From Basidiobolus meristosporus CBS 931.73 (taxonomy: Eukaryota > Fungi > Basidiobolomycota), in assembly GCA_002104905.1 (NCBI GenBank), contig MCFE01000032.1, forward strand, positions 1 to 64,000: a stretch of 64,000 bases of DNA, given 5' to 3'. Shown here in pieces: positions 1-12,209 of this stretch. Both the position numbers and the translations under genes were made by a program. Every line of letters starts with the position of its first letter. Positions within the stretch are counted from its first letter, which is position 1. Below the pieces are notes generated by a model, which was not told where the DNA came from, did not search any database, and saw nothing but the letters and a program-made list of their open reading frames with translations.

Positions 1-420
1 AGTGCGAGAGCGATATATAAACTTGCCATCTTGGTGACGTGTAAGATATGCGGCCTGTTGAAATTGGTTGCCTTCGCACCTTAAGCTACTCATATAACAA
101 CTTCATTTTGATTACGCAACCAAAAGCCAACAATACACAACCTAGCCATTAGCCAAGTGAAGTCCTGGAAGTTGTGAAATCTCTCCACCCATCCAAGTAA
201 CCCCAAACCAGGCAAATCGCTTCCTGGGGCCTTCTTCAAAACGTTCGCATCGATGATTCTACGAAGCTCGCCTAGAAGCATAAATGCTGTGTTTAAGCCA
301 GCAAGCGAAAATCAGCCTAATTTCTAGCTCTACAAATCACTTCCAATCCTGCCAAAATCTAGCAACATGGTGAGTACAGTGGACGCTTGCAAAAATTTGG
401 TGTCGTACCTAAATATTCAT
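1..420 (-). mobile_element. Degenerate LINE (non-LTR retrotransposon) ORF2 fragment, linker into the start of the RT domain
   Basis: The minus strand reads ...NVLKKAPGSDLPG... (cf. the LINE KAPGxDG motif), then after a frame break GAKATNFNRPHILHV (cf. NYRPISLL). Nucleotides ~215-370 align by eye with the LINE remnant at ~32545-32710 (gcttcctggggcctt; ttctag..cacttccaa..aaaatct.gcaa). Confidence 0.5.
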
Positions 421-904
421 TCACCATCGATGCGATGGCTGTGATAGAATACAAGGTTCGGAACAGCTAGCGAGCACATGTGAGACCAGCAGATTTTCTG
501 TTTACTAAATATCGGTTTATGCATACAAGCGGTGCGGACCGGCTGACTAGCCATCTAGACAACGCGCCTTACACGTGATGGGGATTCCCTTTGTGGATCA
601 TCAAAGACTATTTCATATGAATTCATGAGATGTGACGGAACCTGGTAAACTGAGCTAACCGAAAGCCACCTCAGCACTGCGCCAACCCTTAATGTTGACT
701 AAACGTTGTTTAGACCCTGATATAGAAAACGCATTGGCTGGGTGTATTCCGGGTTAGCTGGCCAAATGGCGAATTGAATTCTGAGCATGTTTACTCACCA
801 AAACTGTAGTTGAAGTCTTGGATCAATCGGTGAGTGACTCTCATTGAGCCAAATATTTAGAGTATCGCAATTGACCGTATCGTGTGTCTTTGTGACTTTC
901 CTCC

Positions 905-1331
905 ATGGGTCTCTTCTTCGGTCAGTATTTATGCAATCCTTCTAACCGGCTGGAGAAAAGCTCCGTGCCGTTGGCACCATGTTCACCTATGCTAACTCCT
1001 TGGTTTCTCACCGATAGGGATTCAACCAGCCAATGTATGCATTACCTCTATACCATATGATTGCCCAAGCTGCCTGAAAACTGGCTCGGTTCGACTAACC
1101 AGAACCGATGAACACTTGACCCTTTTATCCTTGCCACTCTTCACCTTCCAACAAGGACAGGACCCACTATACTTATGCCAGAGGTGCAAATGGACCGGTA
1201 AGGAACTTAAACTTACGGAAGAAGAAATGAGGATCCGTGACAGATTACGTTGTGGAAGTTGTGGTACAAAGTTCGAGAACGACCGATACAGGTACTGTCC
1301 CTATTGTGGCTTTCAGCGTGAAGCAATGTGA
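905..1331 (+). CDS. Small double zinc-ribbon protein (zinc_ribbon_15-like N-terminal ribbon plus C-terminal CxxC...CPxCG), 2 exons
   Basis: Exon 905-920 (MGLFFG), GT-AG intron 921-1017, then a frame giving CPSC...HLTLLSLPLF...YLCQRC and CGSCG...YRYCPYCG, with a stop at 1329-1331. Confidence 0.75.
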
Positions 1332-1756
1332 GCGTGCAACTGGCCAATAAACCACTCCATCAACCCACCACTGGCTCCACATTTATCCTGGCAGGCTTGG
1401 AAGTGGGCTTAGGGTAGTCGACATATATGTGCTAGTCCAAAACTCTTGAAGTTCTCTTTATTGTCATGTTTAGCATTTGTAGAGTCACAGGTCTGTGCGG
1501 TCTACGTCATTCTTAACCTCTCGCAAAAAGAACCTATATTAAACCCCCCCCCTCCCTCCCGTGGGAGCTGTGCATGCTTGTCTTGTCTGGAGAATTTCAT
1601 TGCGCTCTAACCAAGAGTCGGTCATTCAAACTCATCTACATACAGTGTGAAAATAAAATGATAGTGGAATGGAGAATTGAGCTAGTATATACGTGTAGAA
1701 TCTTGTACAATGGTCTTTAATCACTACACCATCAAGAGTCCGATGGAGCCGCGGAT

Positions 1757-4700
1757 CTAGGTGAATCGGGTGAAGTCCAGGATGGATTCCAACCCCATTA
1801 CACCTTGGTTGGATTCCTCGGGGCTGGCGGAGGCAGTGTTCTTTTCCATTCGCTCCTTAAGTCGCTTGATCTGGCGGAGTCGTTCTTTCCAGTTGGACAC
1901 GTACTCCATGCGGCCGCCACCACCGCTTTGAAGGAATACCTGGGCGAAGATGTTGGCGTGGAGTGCTATCTGACGAACAAAGAAGGGGAGCGAGACTGCT
2001 GACAGGATCTTGAATTCCGAGATCGGTGAGATCTCCGGCATGTCCTGACGAAGTTGAACATACACCTTGTAATGCTCATCTGTGGCCGCAGTGCTCAACT
2101 GCTCTTTAAACAACGGCTCGATCACGATATTCACAAAGTTGAATTGCCCGGGAATCGTGTCAAAGCGGTAGTTTTTCCCGGAGTCGTTGTACACCACCGA
2201 GACGAAGTCATTGCCGATGTGTCGTTTCTTAGCAGTGCACTGCGGGTCAGTCTGGGGGTTGGAAGGCATCAAGGTGGTCGCGTGGAAGATGATCTGGGTG
2301 ATGTCGTCTTTCCAATAGTACGCGAACTCCCCGTCAAAGTCGTTCTCTGTGTCAAGACCGCCTGTGTAGATCTCTTTGCAGTTGTTGAGTCTAAAGACTG
2401 TTCCGATGCTTGCCAAAAAGCGTAGATAGCTCGGCGAACCGCATGTGTTGTTGAGGATCTCGACCTCGTTGGTTTGGCCCTTCCCTACGTACACAATTCC
2501 AACCTTGTGGAAATCAACCACCGGAGTACGATCTAAAACCCCCAGGGCTCTACCGGTGGCATCGTCATCCGGCAGCAGAAGCGGAAGATCCTTTTGCTTA
2601 AGTTCCGGGTAGGGAAGCATCTGCATAAACATGAATGCTGGGTCGAAAGAAGGATCCTCGTTGCGATGGGATTTCGATCTGGATGTATCGGTGATGACCT
2701 CACTCACCAGGGAAGTGACTTTTTCCTGCTCCACTCTGCCTTGCTCCGTCTGATCAGAGGTGCTCGAGTTGATGTGTGATTGCAGAGTAAATGGCAGGGC
2801 AAATCTTCCGAAGGGCTGGGCAGCGGTCTCCGCAAGAGCATCCGACTTCGAGGCGGAGTCGCTGGATGAACTGATTGTTATTTCTTCACGAGAATTGTCG
2901 TTGGATTCACTAAAATAACATTGAATAAAAGCGGTTGAACACACTGGGGCATATCAAATACAGCATATGGCTAATCTTACCCCTCGTCCTTGGAGTGTAT
3001 GGTTGGCGATCCTTCCGTACTCGTGTCTACTGGCTTTACTTCATCCCCGTCGACAGGCTCCCAATGCATCATGAGTAGCGCCGGAAGATAAGCAAAGTCG
3101 AAGTCTTCTAACTTGTGCTTGTTCTGTAAGCGGGTCATCATAGAGAAGTTCCCTGATGGTCGACGCACTAGTATCTCTCCCCAACCGAGGTATTTCGAGG
3201 ATCGGAAGGTTACGATCGAGGTGCCGTATACCCAGCTTCTGGTTACAGTCTTTGAAGGGTCGAGTAAGATGTCAGTGATGAAGGACTTCTGAGGCTTGGG
3301 GTACGAGTTCGCATAGGAGTAACGAGTGAGCATGTCCACACATGTTTCCGTCAACTCATCCAGCTGCTTGTTACGCTCGTTCGCAATCAGCAGGCCACGA
3401 ATGATGAAGGATACATACTTCCTTCGGTCCGGAAGTCTAAGACTCATGAACCAAACGTAAATGACGTGATATGCCAGCACCAAAACGTACTGAAGGAGCG
3501 CGTGATTGCCCTGCTGAGGTGGGGTGTTAATCGATCCATGGGTGGAGCCACGAGGACTTGTGACTGGCGATTGCGGAGCATTTTGGCTAGTGGCCATGGC
3601 ATTGTTGTACTGGATGTATTGCAATGCAATGCCGAAAACCCTCTTGAAATCACTTTCCACGAAGTTGACGTAGAGGTTAGGAAGGCGCGCTAGTGCTGAG
3701 AGAAATTCCAATATGTGAACACTCATTGCGGAAGTGGACATCACTTGGGATAGCTTGATCAGTGTACTTGGCAACAACTTGGTCATGGACATGGGTAATT
3801 CGTAGCAGCACACATTCAGCGCATGGATACAAAGCTTGGCAGTCTGAGACCATTTTTGCAAGCCGATTTGGAAGGTCAGGATGATTTCGTCTTGTTGTGC
3901 TTTGTTGAAAAGGCGGCGATACCCCACAAGCACGTAGAGGATTTTGTATGCCATGGCGTACACGTCGCCTCGCTTCAGGTTGCCGGGAAGGTTGACATTG
4001 TGGTTGAGGAGCTGTCCGTTCATTATCTTCGAGCAGAGCTTGCTCCGTAATGCGTTCAGTTCAGATGACTCACCGTGGAACAGTTGTTTGCACGTCAATT
4101 GATTAGGCAAATTGGTAAATATATGGGACAGGATAGGCCAGTCATTTTCCGATTCAATGATAGTGGTGATGGCAGCAAGATAACGCCCGATTGGCAAAGT
4201 ATATGAAGACGAGGCAGGATTGTCCGGCTCAGGCCCATCCATATGGTCATCGTGTGCTGAAAATGGTGTGAAGTTAGAGTAGATATCCTCCGAGATTTCA
4301 GCAGTCGGCAGCGGACCAGACGCATCAGACGTAGGAATCGGCGAGTTCGCTAGAGAAAGGCTGGCCTCAGTCGAGAGGGGAGGGTTGTGTCTGGTGGGTA
4401 GGCCGGATTGGTCAATGTAGATTCGATATTTCGAGTTGGCTCTTAGAAGCGTCAGGCCCTGAAGGGCTATCACCCGAATGGGGGATTCAACGTTAGCACT
4501 GGTGACAATATCTAGCAGGGTAGTAAACAGACTGAGGCATTGTTTGGGATTGGATAGTGTCAAGGTCCGTTTGAAAAGATGGACCAGCTCAATGGCATAT
4601 TTCACAAGGGTATCCCCTTCGTTGGGCTTCTTTCCACCCAACTTCTGGAAAGCGGATGATGTTGTCAAGCCCAAGGCAGATGAAGAAAGGGAGTTGGATC

Positions 4701-6543
4701 TATTCAGGGTACGCCTGGTATCCGATGTACCCGAAGAATCGAGGCTAGACTTACGCTGGAACTTCGACAGCTCTCCAAAGGCCGATTCGATAAAGAGCTG
4801 AAGAAGCCGCTCAAAGAATTGGTCGTCAAGCTCGGTCATCGCATCAAGCAACAAATTCATGATTGAGATTCGGATCTGCGGAACTTCCTCCGTCTTCATT
4901 TTGTTAAATATAGGCAATAAGATTCCGTTCATGAAATCTTGGTAATAGAACTCCTTTACGGCATGATACACGTCCGCCACAATGTTCAGCATGCGTTCAC
5001 GAAGTACCACTCGCTCTTCGTTATGATAGAATGTCTGAGTCGCCTCTACCAGCTGCTCAAGCCAATCTGGGGATGACGGATAGAAAGCATGGTCTGAGGC
5101 ATAGTAATTCATCAACACCAAAGCGGAAGAAGTCGGTAAATATTTACGAACTGTCTGCAAAGTTTTGATGAGTCGTGTCACAGGCCCCGAGAACGAAGAG
5201 CCAGTATGTAGGCCTTGGATTTCGACAATTGTCTTGCTAAAGACAGTTAATATTAAAGTGAGGGTGCTTGGACTCACTTCCTTAGCGAGGATATCCGCAT
5301 CAAGAGTGCAGATCTGATTGCTGGAATGCAATTGTACATCAGTCACATAGTAACAAACGTACTCTAGAATGTCAAACACCACGTCCCACTCTATAGTCGA
5401 GAGGCTTTCTGATTGCTTTTTCACTAAACGGTGGACATTGAGCAGTATATCGTAATCGACTGACGACTGCTTGAATTGCAGTGCCTCTCGCATTGCAATA
5501 AGCGGTGTTGATACGGGAACCGAGAGTCCTTCCACTGCTTGTGACCCCCACGTGGCCATACCTAGGAAGAAAACCGCGCCTCGCAACAATGGCACCAATT
5601 CAAAGTTCGACTTATCTTTCAAAATACTGCATAATATTTTGACTGTATTGTGGGCACAATGGCTTCTCAATAGATTGCGCACAATATTCCAGGTCGCAAG
5701 TGAGAACTGGCTGATGTTTACATTGCGGCAGCAAGTTTCCACATACACCTTAAGGCAAGATAGAGGAACATAGCCATAACGAATGATGACATCGAAGAAG
5801 TTGATACAGAGCTGGATGTCATCAAGACTCTTAGTGGTGTTTGAAACCATGCACACCTCGTTGATAAGCACTATGATTTCGCGCTCCTCAAGTGAGGTGA
5901 AGTTGAATTTAGCTATGTTGTTGAGTAGGCTGAAGACGCTGATGAAATGCTTCTCAGGATCAGGTAACGACGGGTCCATTGAGAGAGAGGTGTGTTCTTC
6001 TGGCAGACTGCGTTTGAATTGAGCTTTCTGAAAGGCAGACATCAACCAATCGAGAAGCAATCGGGTGATGTTTTTTTCAAAGTGTGTGATATCACGGCCG
6101 TCTCGGGTGAGCTCTTGCAGGGCCTTGAGTTGAAAATCGCAATCTTCCCAAATATCATGTGTACAGATGGCATCGTAGAAAGAACCACGTGCCATACCAA
6201 GATGCTCAAACTGAGTGTGAGTGCATACAATGACGAAATTGAACGTTGCATGTCTAGCTTCTGTGGGCATATCTTTCTGGAGAAACCCTTCCAAGTATAC
6301 CCACAGCTCAGCAACATCATTAAGTATGTAATTCTTCGCGGTGTTGGTCAACTCCTGGATGATCTTTATCTTGGAGGCTAGCGGAATATTGGAGCTAAGT
6401 TCTTGTGAAACAATTTTTTCATTTAGAACATCATTAGTGGCTATCGGCTTTGGGAGTGACCTGAGAGAGCTATTCGAAGCCCGCGGGCCAAACATCCGAA
6501 AAAACCCGAACCGCTGAGATTTCTCCTGTTTAGATGGATTCAT
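1757..6543 (-). CDS. TSC2: Tuberin / TSC2 (N-terminal helical region, C-terminal Rap/Ran-GAP domain); one intron near 2910-2985
   Basis: ORFs of 1188 aa and 395 aa joined by a gtaag...ttag intron. Tuberin motifs CIHALNVCCYELP, HILEFLSALARLP and VRRPSG; GAP motifs HKVGIVYVG, YTGGLD, FHATTLMP and KRHIGNDFVSVVYN. Confidence 0.96.
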
Positions 6544-7648
6544 AAAGAGGCTGCAACAGACTCAACTATGTTTCACTAGAGTTGTTCTTGGAGGTGCTAA
6601 AGATAAGGGAAGAAGGATTCTTATATTGTGTACCTAAAAGATATTTGGTCTAAAGCCCAAGTTGAACATTAAATTCGTGAGATTTGGTGTAGCTGATACA
6701 ATGCGTATGTTAACTTGTGATTTTTTATTCGATCATGTGATTTCGGCGAAGCATAATTTCCATGATGTTGCAAAACCAGTAACAGGTCAACTCTAAGCAA
6801 TAAGGTATTGGGAATGTATGACAACATCACGATGAGATCAAGCAGAATTCCTGATTACCATTATTTACTATCGGTTGATGTACAATCAAGAACATCATGT
6901 TGATATATCTACTATAGTAAGTAGATAGCAAGGCCGTTTGCCTCTACTGGTTTGGGCTATGTTGCTACACTGACTTTCCGAATACCTGGACCAAAGAGAC
7001 TGTGCCTCTTGCCTTCTGGTTTGGCAAGGAGATATTCAAGGCCACAGTCCCTTTCTCATTTCTTGGGGGTTTCATACGAGATCTTACTCGAGTTTTTTTA
7101 AGCCACTTGACTACAAACATCTCAAAAAAAATAAAGCCCAGTTTCGTATGAGAACTTGCTAGGATCCATTTACACTTGGGTCTGGCCAGTCCCTTGGAAG
7201 CTCCTATAACAATGGAAAAGGGAAGAAAGACCTCCGAAGGGGAATCGTTCAATTGTATGCTCAAATAATAGGAGTGCAACTATGTCGATATTGGACGGAA
7301 GGCAGAAATTCACCATGATATATCATATTATTCCTCTGTGAAATCCCTTATTTGGTATACAGAAATCCATGAATACATGCATGTTTCGCATGACCCCTCG
7401 CCGAGGAATATTCTTGCCAAAAGGACCTCGGCCTCACTCTATAACACTGGGGCCTCTCACAGCTAGAATTACCAACGAAAAGATGAACTTTCACCAGGTA
7501 TACGTCACTTATCCTATATCATGATGCACATTAACGGTACACTGCAAGATACTAGCTCTGGTTTATTGCTCAAGTGCAGGTGACAGTGCTGGCGGCCCGA
7601 AGGTGGGTATGAAAGCTCTTTATATGGTAGAGGGTGCTGAGGAACAGA

Positions 7649-9911
7649 TTATGGGCATTCTATTTTGGACAACTCGTGAGACCAAAGAAATATCAATGCA
7701 TTTCTATTAGGCGAATCTCTTTGAATCTGTAAGACGTATTCGAAATCGTAGAGTATACGGTTAACATCCTTCTTGTATATGTATCCGAGGTTGAAATCTT
7801 TTAGTCTTTTCCATTGTTTGAGGAAACTAGAGATATTGTATACACAGGTATCCAGTGCTCGTTTGTTTGCAAAAGTGTCACTAAATACTGCATGGTAGTG
7901 CTTTTGTAGAAGCACCAGTAGATCCTCAATTAGCCATGGTGGCTGCTTACTAACGATGACGTTCCAATCTGGGCCGAGGGAGCTTTCGAATTCCGTTAGG
8001 ATCCCAGAAGCAAGGACTACATGTAACTGCTTCAGGATAACATCCACGACGAAGTAAAGTTGATCGAGCGGGTCATTCGATGCGTAATCCCACCGCGGAC
8101 TCATGTCAATGCAGATAACCGGTGGTTGGATCGAGCACACTCTGTCTGCCAGTGTGTTGACTGCCAACAGTACCTCTTCAGGACTACTGTCAGTATAACC
8201 AAGCGTAGCTTTACCAGAGATTCGCGAAGTAGAAACAATGGGTGTGGCTAATTCGCGATTGACGTTACTTGCAAGCGATGGGCCAGCATTCAATAGAGCT
8301 CGGGAAGGTAGGGACTCCAGCGCATCCTCCATATCAATGTCCTCGTAAGGTATCAGTGGATCCTCCTGCAATAATCGAGAACTTGTCAGATCAACAGAGA
8401 GGAGCATCTAGACAGTCGGACCTCAAACCTCGTGAGCTAGCTTGGAATCCGAAAATGTGTTTATTGAAGGCTTCTGTACATATCCCGCTGGGAGATATTC
8501 TTGGAAGAGCTCGAGCGGCGTCTGTCGCCAAAAACTACAAGACCGGATCTCATGTACCATGGCCTTGATGCACAGGTTTTTGTCATTAGACAGCAATACT
8601 AGCGGACAGGAGAAAAAGGCCTCAAAATATCTTCCATTCGATAAAGTCAGCAACAATGATATCGAGTAATTAGGCATTCGCCTAGCCTAACTAGTAGAAA
8701 TAAAATCAGCAAATGTTACCTGCAACAATCTAGGATTTTATCGTCGTTGCTCTGTGAGGAATCTTTAGAGCGAGTGGTTTGGCAAGGCAAGTGGTTTGAA
8801 AGGTTACCTCAACTTTTGTGTCCATCACTTCCGACAGCTTTTGTCCACGTAAAGAGCCATTAGTCTGAAAACGTTTATACAGAAAATCGATTGCGTCCCG
8901 CGCCAATACAGCAAGGTCAGGTGAGTGAGCCGAGTTATCTGATTTGATTCCGTTTGCTTTCTATCCACGAGAATGAAAATTCCAGCAATCTGTACTCAGG
9001 AAAGATTGAAGTCTATAGGAATACCTTCAAACCATCTAGCTCCCAGATAACAACCGAGGGAATAACTACTAATACATCCCCACGTTGGTCGGCTGAATCC
9101 ACGAGCTCCGAAAAGAACTTCAACTGAGATATGAGATAATTTGTATCTGCGACGACGACCCCTGAAATCCCAAAGCAGTCAGCCTCGAGGTTTGACTTCT
9201 GTGTCTTTGATTTCTCGTTATCTTTTTATGCTCCAAAGATTTACAGACAAAACTCAAACTTACACTGACTTGATCCGACTTGTTCGTAACAAGTTGAGAT
9301 TCCTCTGGGATAAAAGGTAAATGGCGTATTTCAGACACTTGGTTAGCAATGCCTTCTATTACAATAGGATCATCCATGTCCATGAAGGAATTCTGTCCAA
9401 AATTCATGACTGTATTGAAACCAACCACTCTCTAATAATAACTAGCAGCCAGGATTTATACACACCTAACTGAACACAGTGGATCAAAGAAGTTCAATTT
9501 CATTGGCTCCTCACGAGCTGGTGAATTGGTGCGGTTGATCAGTATGCATACTAGGGTAAACGTTGATTAAAGATCGTCCGAGCCTTTAACCAACCCATTG
9601 GCCTTGATTCAAAACCATCGTTCATAAACTATTCTTACCTTCCCGCTGGTAACGATTGTGCTAACGTACAGGACCTGATGCTTCACAGATAGGCTATCAG
9701 GGCTCGTCCATTGAGGTTTAAACCTCGTTAATATACGAGACTTTAGATTCTGGGCACACCATTGATTGGAAATCTGGGGCCCTCTCACGCTCAAGTTATC
9801 GGCTGTCCTTTCCTTGAACGTAAATAACGAAAGTGCAGGTATGCACCTAGAAATAATGCCTGTTGCGCTTACGAACGCAAAAAGAAGCTTGCCTGTCGAT
9901 CTGGGTTCCAT
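7649..9911 (-). CDS. SWT1: SWT1-like PIN-domain RNA endoribonuclease, multi-exon (5' end uncertain; could start at ~9382)
   Basis: Spliced exons give VVVADTNYLISQL...VVIPSVVIWELDGLK (~9030-9170), LARDAIDFLYKRF...LRGQKLSE (~8810-8960), SNDDKILDCC (~8720-8750) and VLLSNDKNLCIKAMVHEI (~8550-8610), which are the PIN_4/Swt1 motifs. The 252-aa ORF 7649-8407 is the C-terminal part. Confidence 0.85.
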
Positions 9912-10402
9912 TAGATATCATGTACGGCTCCCGAGAATGACCAAATCCAGCCAACTAACCTCCTTTGCGATACAATGTGCTTTTCCATTCAAATCCCATT
10001 TATTGGAGAAGATTACAAACAAGGGATTTCATAGAGATGAAAGGTAAAATGTGAAGTTGCCAAGCAAATACTGCCTACACACATTTTAGAACCAGCGTGT
10101 GATCTATAGACAGTGAAGAGGAATACGCTTCACTTGACATCCGGTCGTAACCACGCCCCCATAAGCAGCATGGTTCCGATGGATTCAGTGAAAAATACGA
10201 TAACCGTTCAGAAAACAGGGTTTGAGAAGCCATTCGATCTCTAGGTTATTGCCTGTGTGCCCATGTTGACAAAGAGGTCACTTAAAGGAAATGGCCCGAG
10301 CGAATATGCAAAATGTGAAAACAAAATGACTGCTTATGTACTGTACGCAAAAGAAAGAGAATACGAGAGAAGATTTGGTTAGCTATGTTCGTTGCGTATG
10401 AC

Positions 10403-10943
10403 TCAGTCTACGTCTATTAAGAGATTTCGCTCGAGTATGTATTGACCCTCTTTATAGCGTTGGCTCTCTTCGTACGCTCGTACCTGTATGGATTGTAAAT
10501 AACAAACGAGGGAGGGGTTATCAGTGATATTTGATCCTTACATATCTCCATCCTACTACGCGCTGACATTTGGAGCAGGATATATCTTTAACAAGATGCA
10601 GGCCGGTTGTCATAGGGCGTTCAATTTCCTCTCCTTCTGTCACATTTACACTGAATAATATATGAGAATCATGGTAACTAGAGCATACGCATTAGCACTT
10701 ACACTTTCATGAAAAGATACGCTCGACCATATTGTCCCTGAAATGCCTGGGAAGTAAAAGGTTTAGGTGCTGAATACATGGAGTTACGGCGGAAGCAGGG
10801 CTCCAGCATTCATCCGGCAAGCTTATGCGCCGATGCAAACCTACCTTGGAAACCAGGCAATCCATAGTGGACAGGTGAGTTTTGCAGTCTTTACAACCAA
10901 AGATTCTATTTCCAGAAAGAAAGGTTTTGGGTGCAAAGCCCAT
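10403..10943 (-). CDS. YPEL: Yippee-like (YPEL/Moh1) zinc-binding protein, 4 exons
   Basis: Exons MGFAPKTFLSGNRIFGCKDCKTHLS...VSK / AFQGQYGRAYLFMK / VNV...MTTGLHLVKDISCSKCQRVVGWRY / VRAYEESQRYKEGQYILER, separated by GT-AG introns. Confidence 0.93.
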
Positions 10944-12209
10944 TTTAGGAATACTCTAATAAAGAAGGGCAACGAGGAAAACAGGGACAGAGAAGCTTGC
11001 TGTACAAATGGGCAGGGCTTTCAAAAGGGGTGATTGGGGAAAGTAGTCAGGACTCGAGGGTGCTGTCAGATATAGTTTCAGGCTCTCCTAGAAAGTGCAG
11101 TATATAATATATAGCTAGAGCCGATTGTAGTGGACTGGGAATCGTCACCAATAACTGGCAAGGGCGCTAGGTGACTGAGAAAGAGAGGCAGTAGACTTCG
11201 GGAGATATTAGGAAAGAGGCTTAGACTTGGATGAAGGTTCGAATTTAAGCAAAGAAATAGATGAGCGCAGCACTAGGGCAATGGGCAAGGGGCTTCCACA
11301 CAGAGGAATGGATCATTCAAGCCAGTAGTGTCACACCGAAATTCCGAAAAGATTGTAGGAATCGGGGTCTACATTAGGGGAACATGACTGTGGAAAAGTG
11401 CAATCTTGTGACGGTTATGCTCGTTCGTTGATTTGACGGCGGCTCTGTTTTAATATTTTACAAATAGCAATTATACTTTCATGCAAGTTTAATCCATCTC
11501 TTCACATTGTTTCAATCGATGATTATTGTGTGCTGGCGATTCCTACAGCAGCAGATTCCTAATATTGCTGATAATCCGCGCCAGCATTGATCACCAGAGC
11601 CTGTGTACATTTGTGTCAGGATGAGTAAAAATACATCAATTCATCGCGGGCAGCCAATGGCGTGGAGTGGCCTTGCAGGCATCTGGAGGCTCTCTTCCGC
11701 CAGCTCTTAAGCAGTAATGGTGCACGACTCAAGTGGAGTGACCGCAGCAGCGATCTCCTTTCATTGATCTTCACCAAGCATCACCCGTAATTCAGATACA
11801 CCAACTCACATGGATGACTTCATGCAGAAACCCTTGCCGACCTCACCCACGTCTCCACTCCGAAACCATTCTGGGTATCATCGGACCAAGCCGCGGCCAG
11901 CCTATCATCAGTGGGCGATGTGCCAGCAATCGATGGATGCGATTAGGCTGACCAGGCTCAACACACACTCAACACGTCCAGTGTGGCTGAGCATGGCATG
12001 GTGCGGCGTCCCGCAAGCATCGGGAAATTACCGCACTGAGTCGTCGGAGCAACGATGAGCACATGAGAGCCTATGCTTGCTGATAGTCTGAGATAGGGCG
12101 ATTTATTTGCTTTGATTGGTTTAGAGTGGAATCTAGGATATTCCTTCAAGAGGATTCATGGTGATAGCTAATACAGTACAGTGGTGCCCTGGGAGAGGAC
12201 ACCGGCCTA

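Noticed and set aside
1805-6381. Numerous plus-strand ORFs over TSC2 (and similar ones over POX1, APE2, CTC1 and the DDHD gene)
   Set aside because: Antisense or alternate-frame shadows of well-supported genes.
6965-7290. Open frames on both strands between TSC2 and SWT1 (minus 104 aa; plus DFPNTWTKETVPLAFWFGKEIF... with an internal stop)
   Set aside because: No recognisable domain, start context or splice model; could be a pseudogene fragment but I cannot support it.
11400-12200. Possible small spliced gene between yippee and VPS36
   Set aside because: Several GT/AG combinations give different short peptides and none matches a family I recognise; needs RNA-seq.
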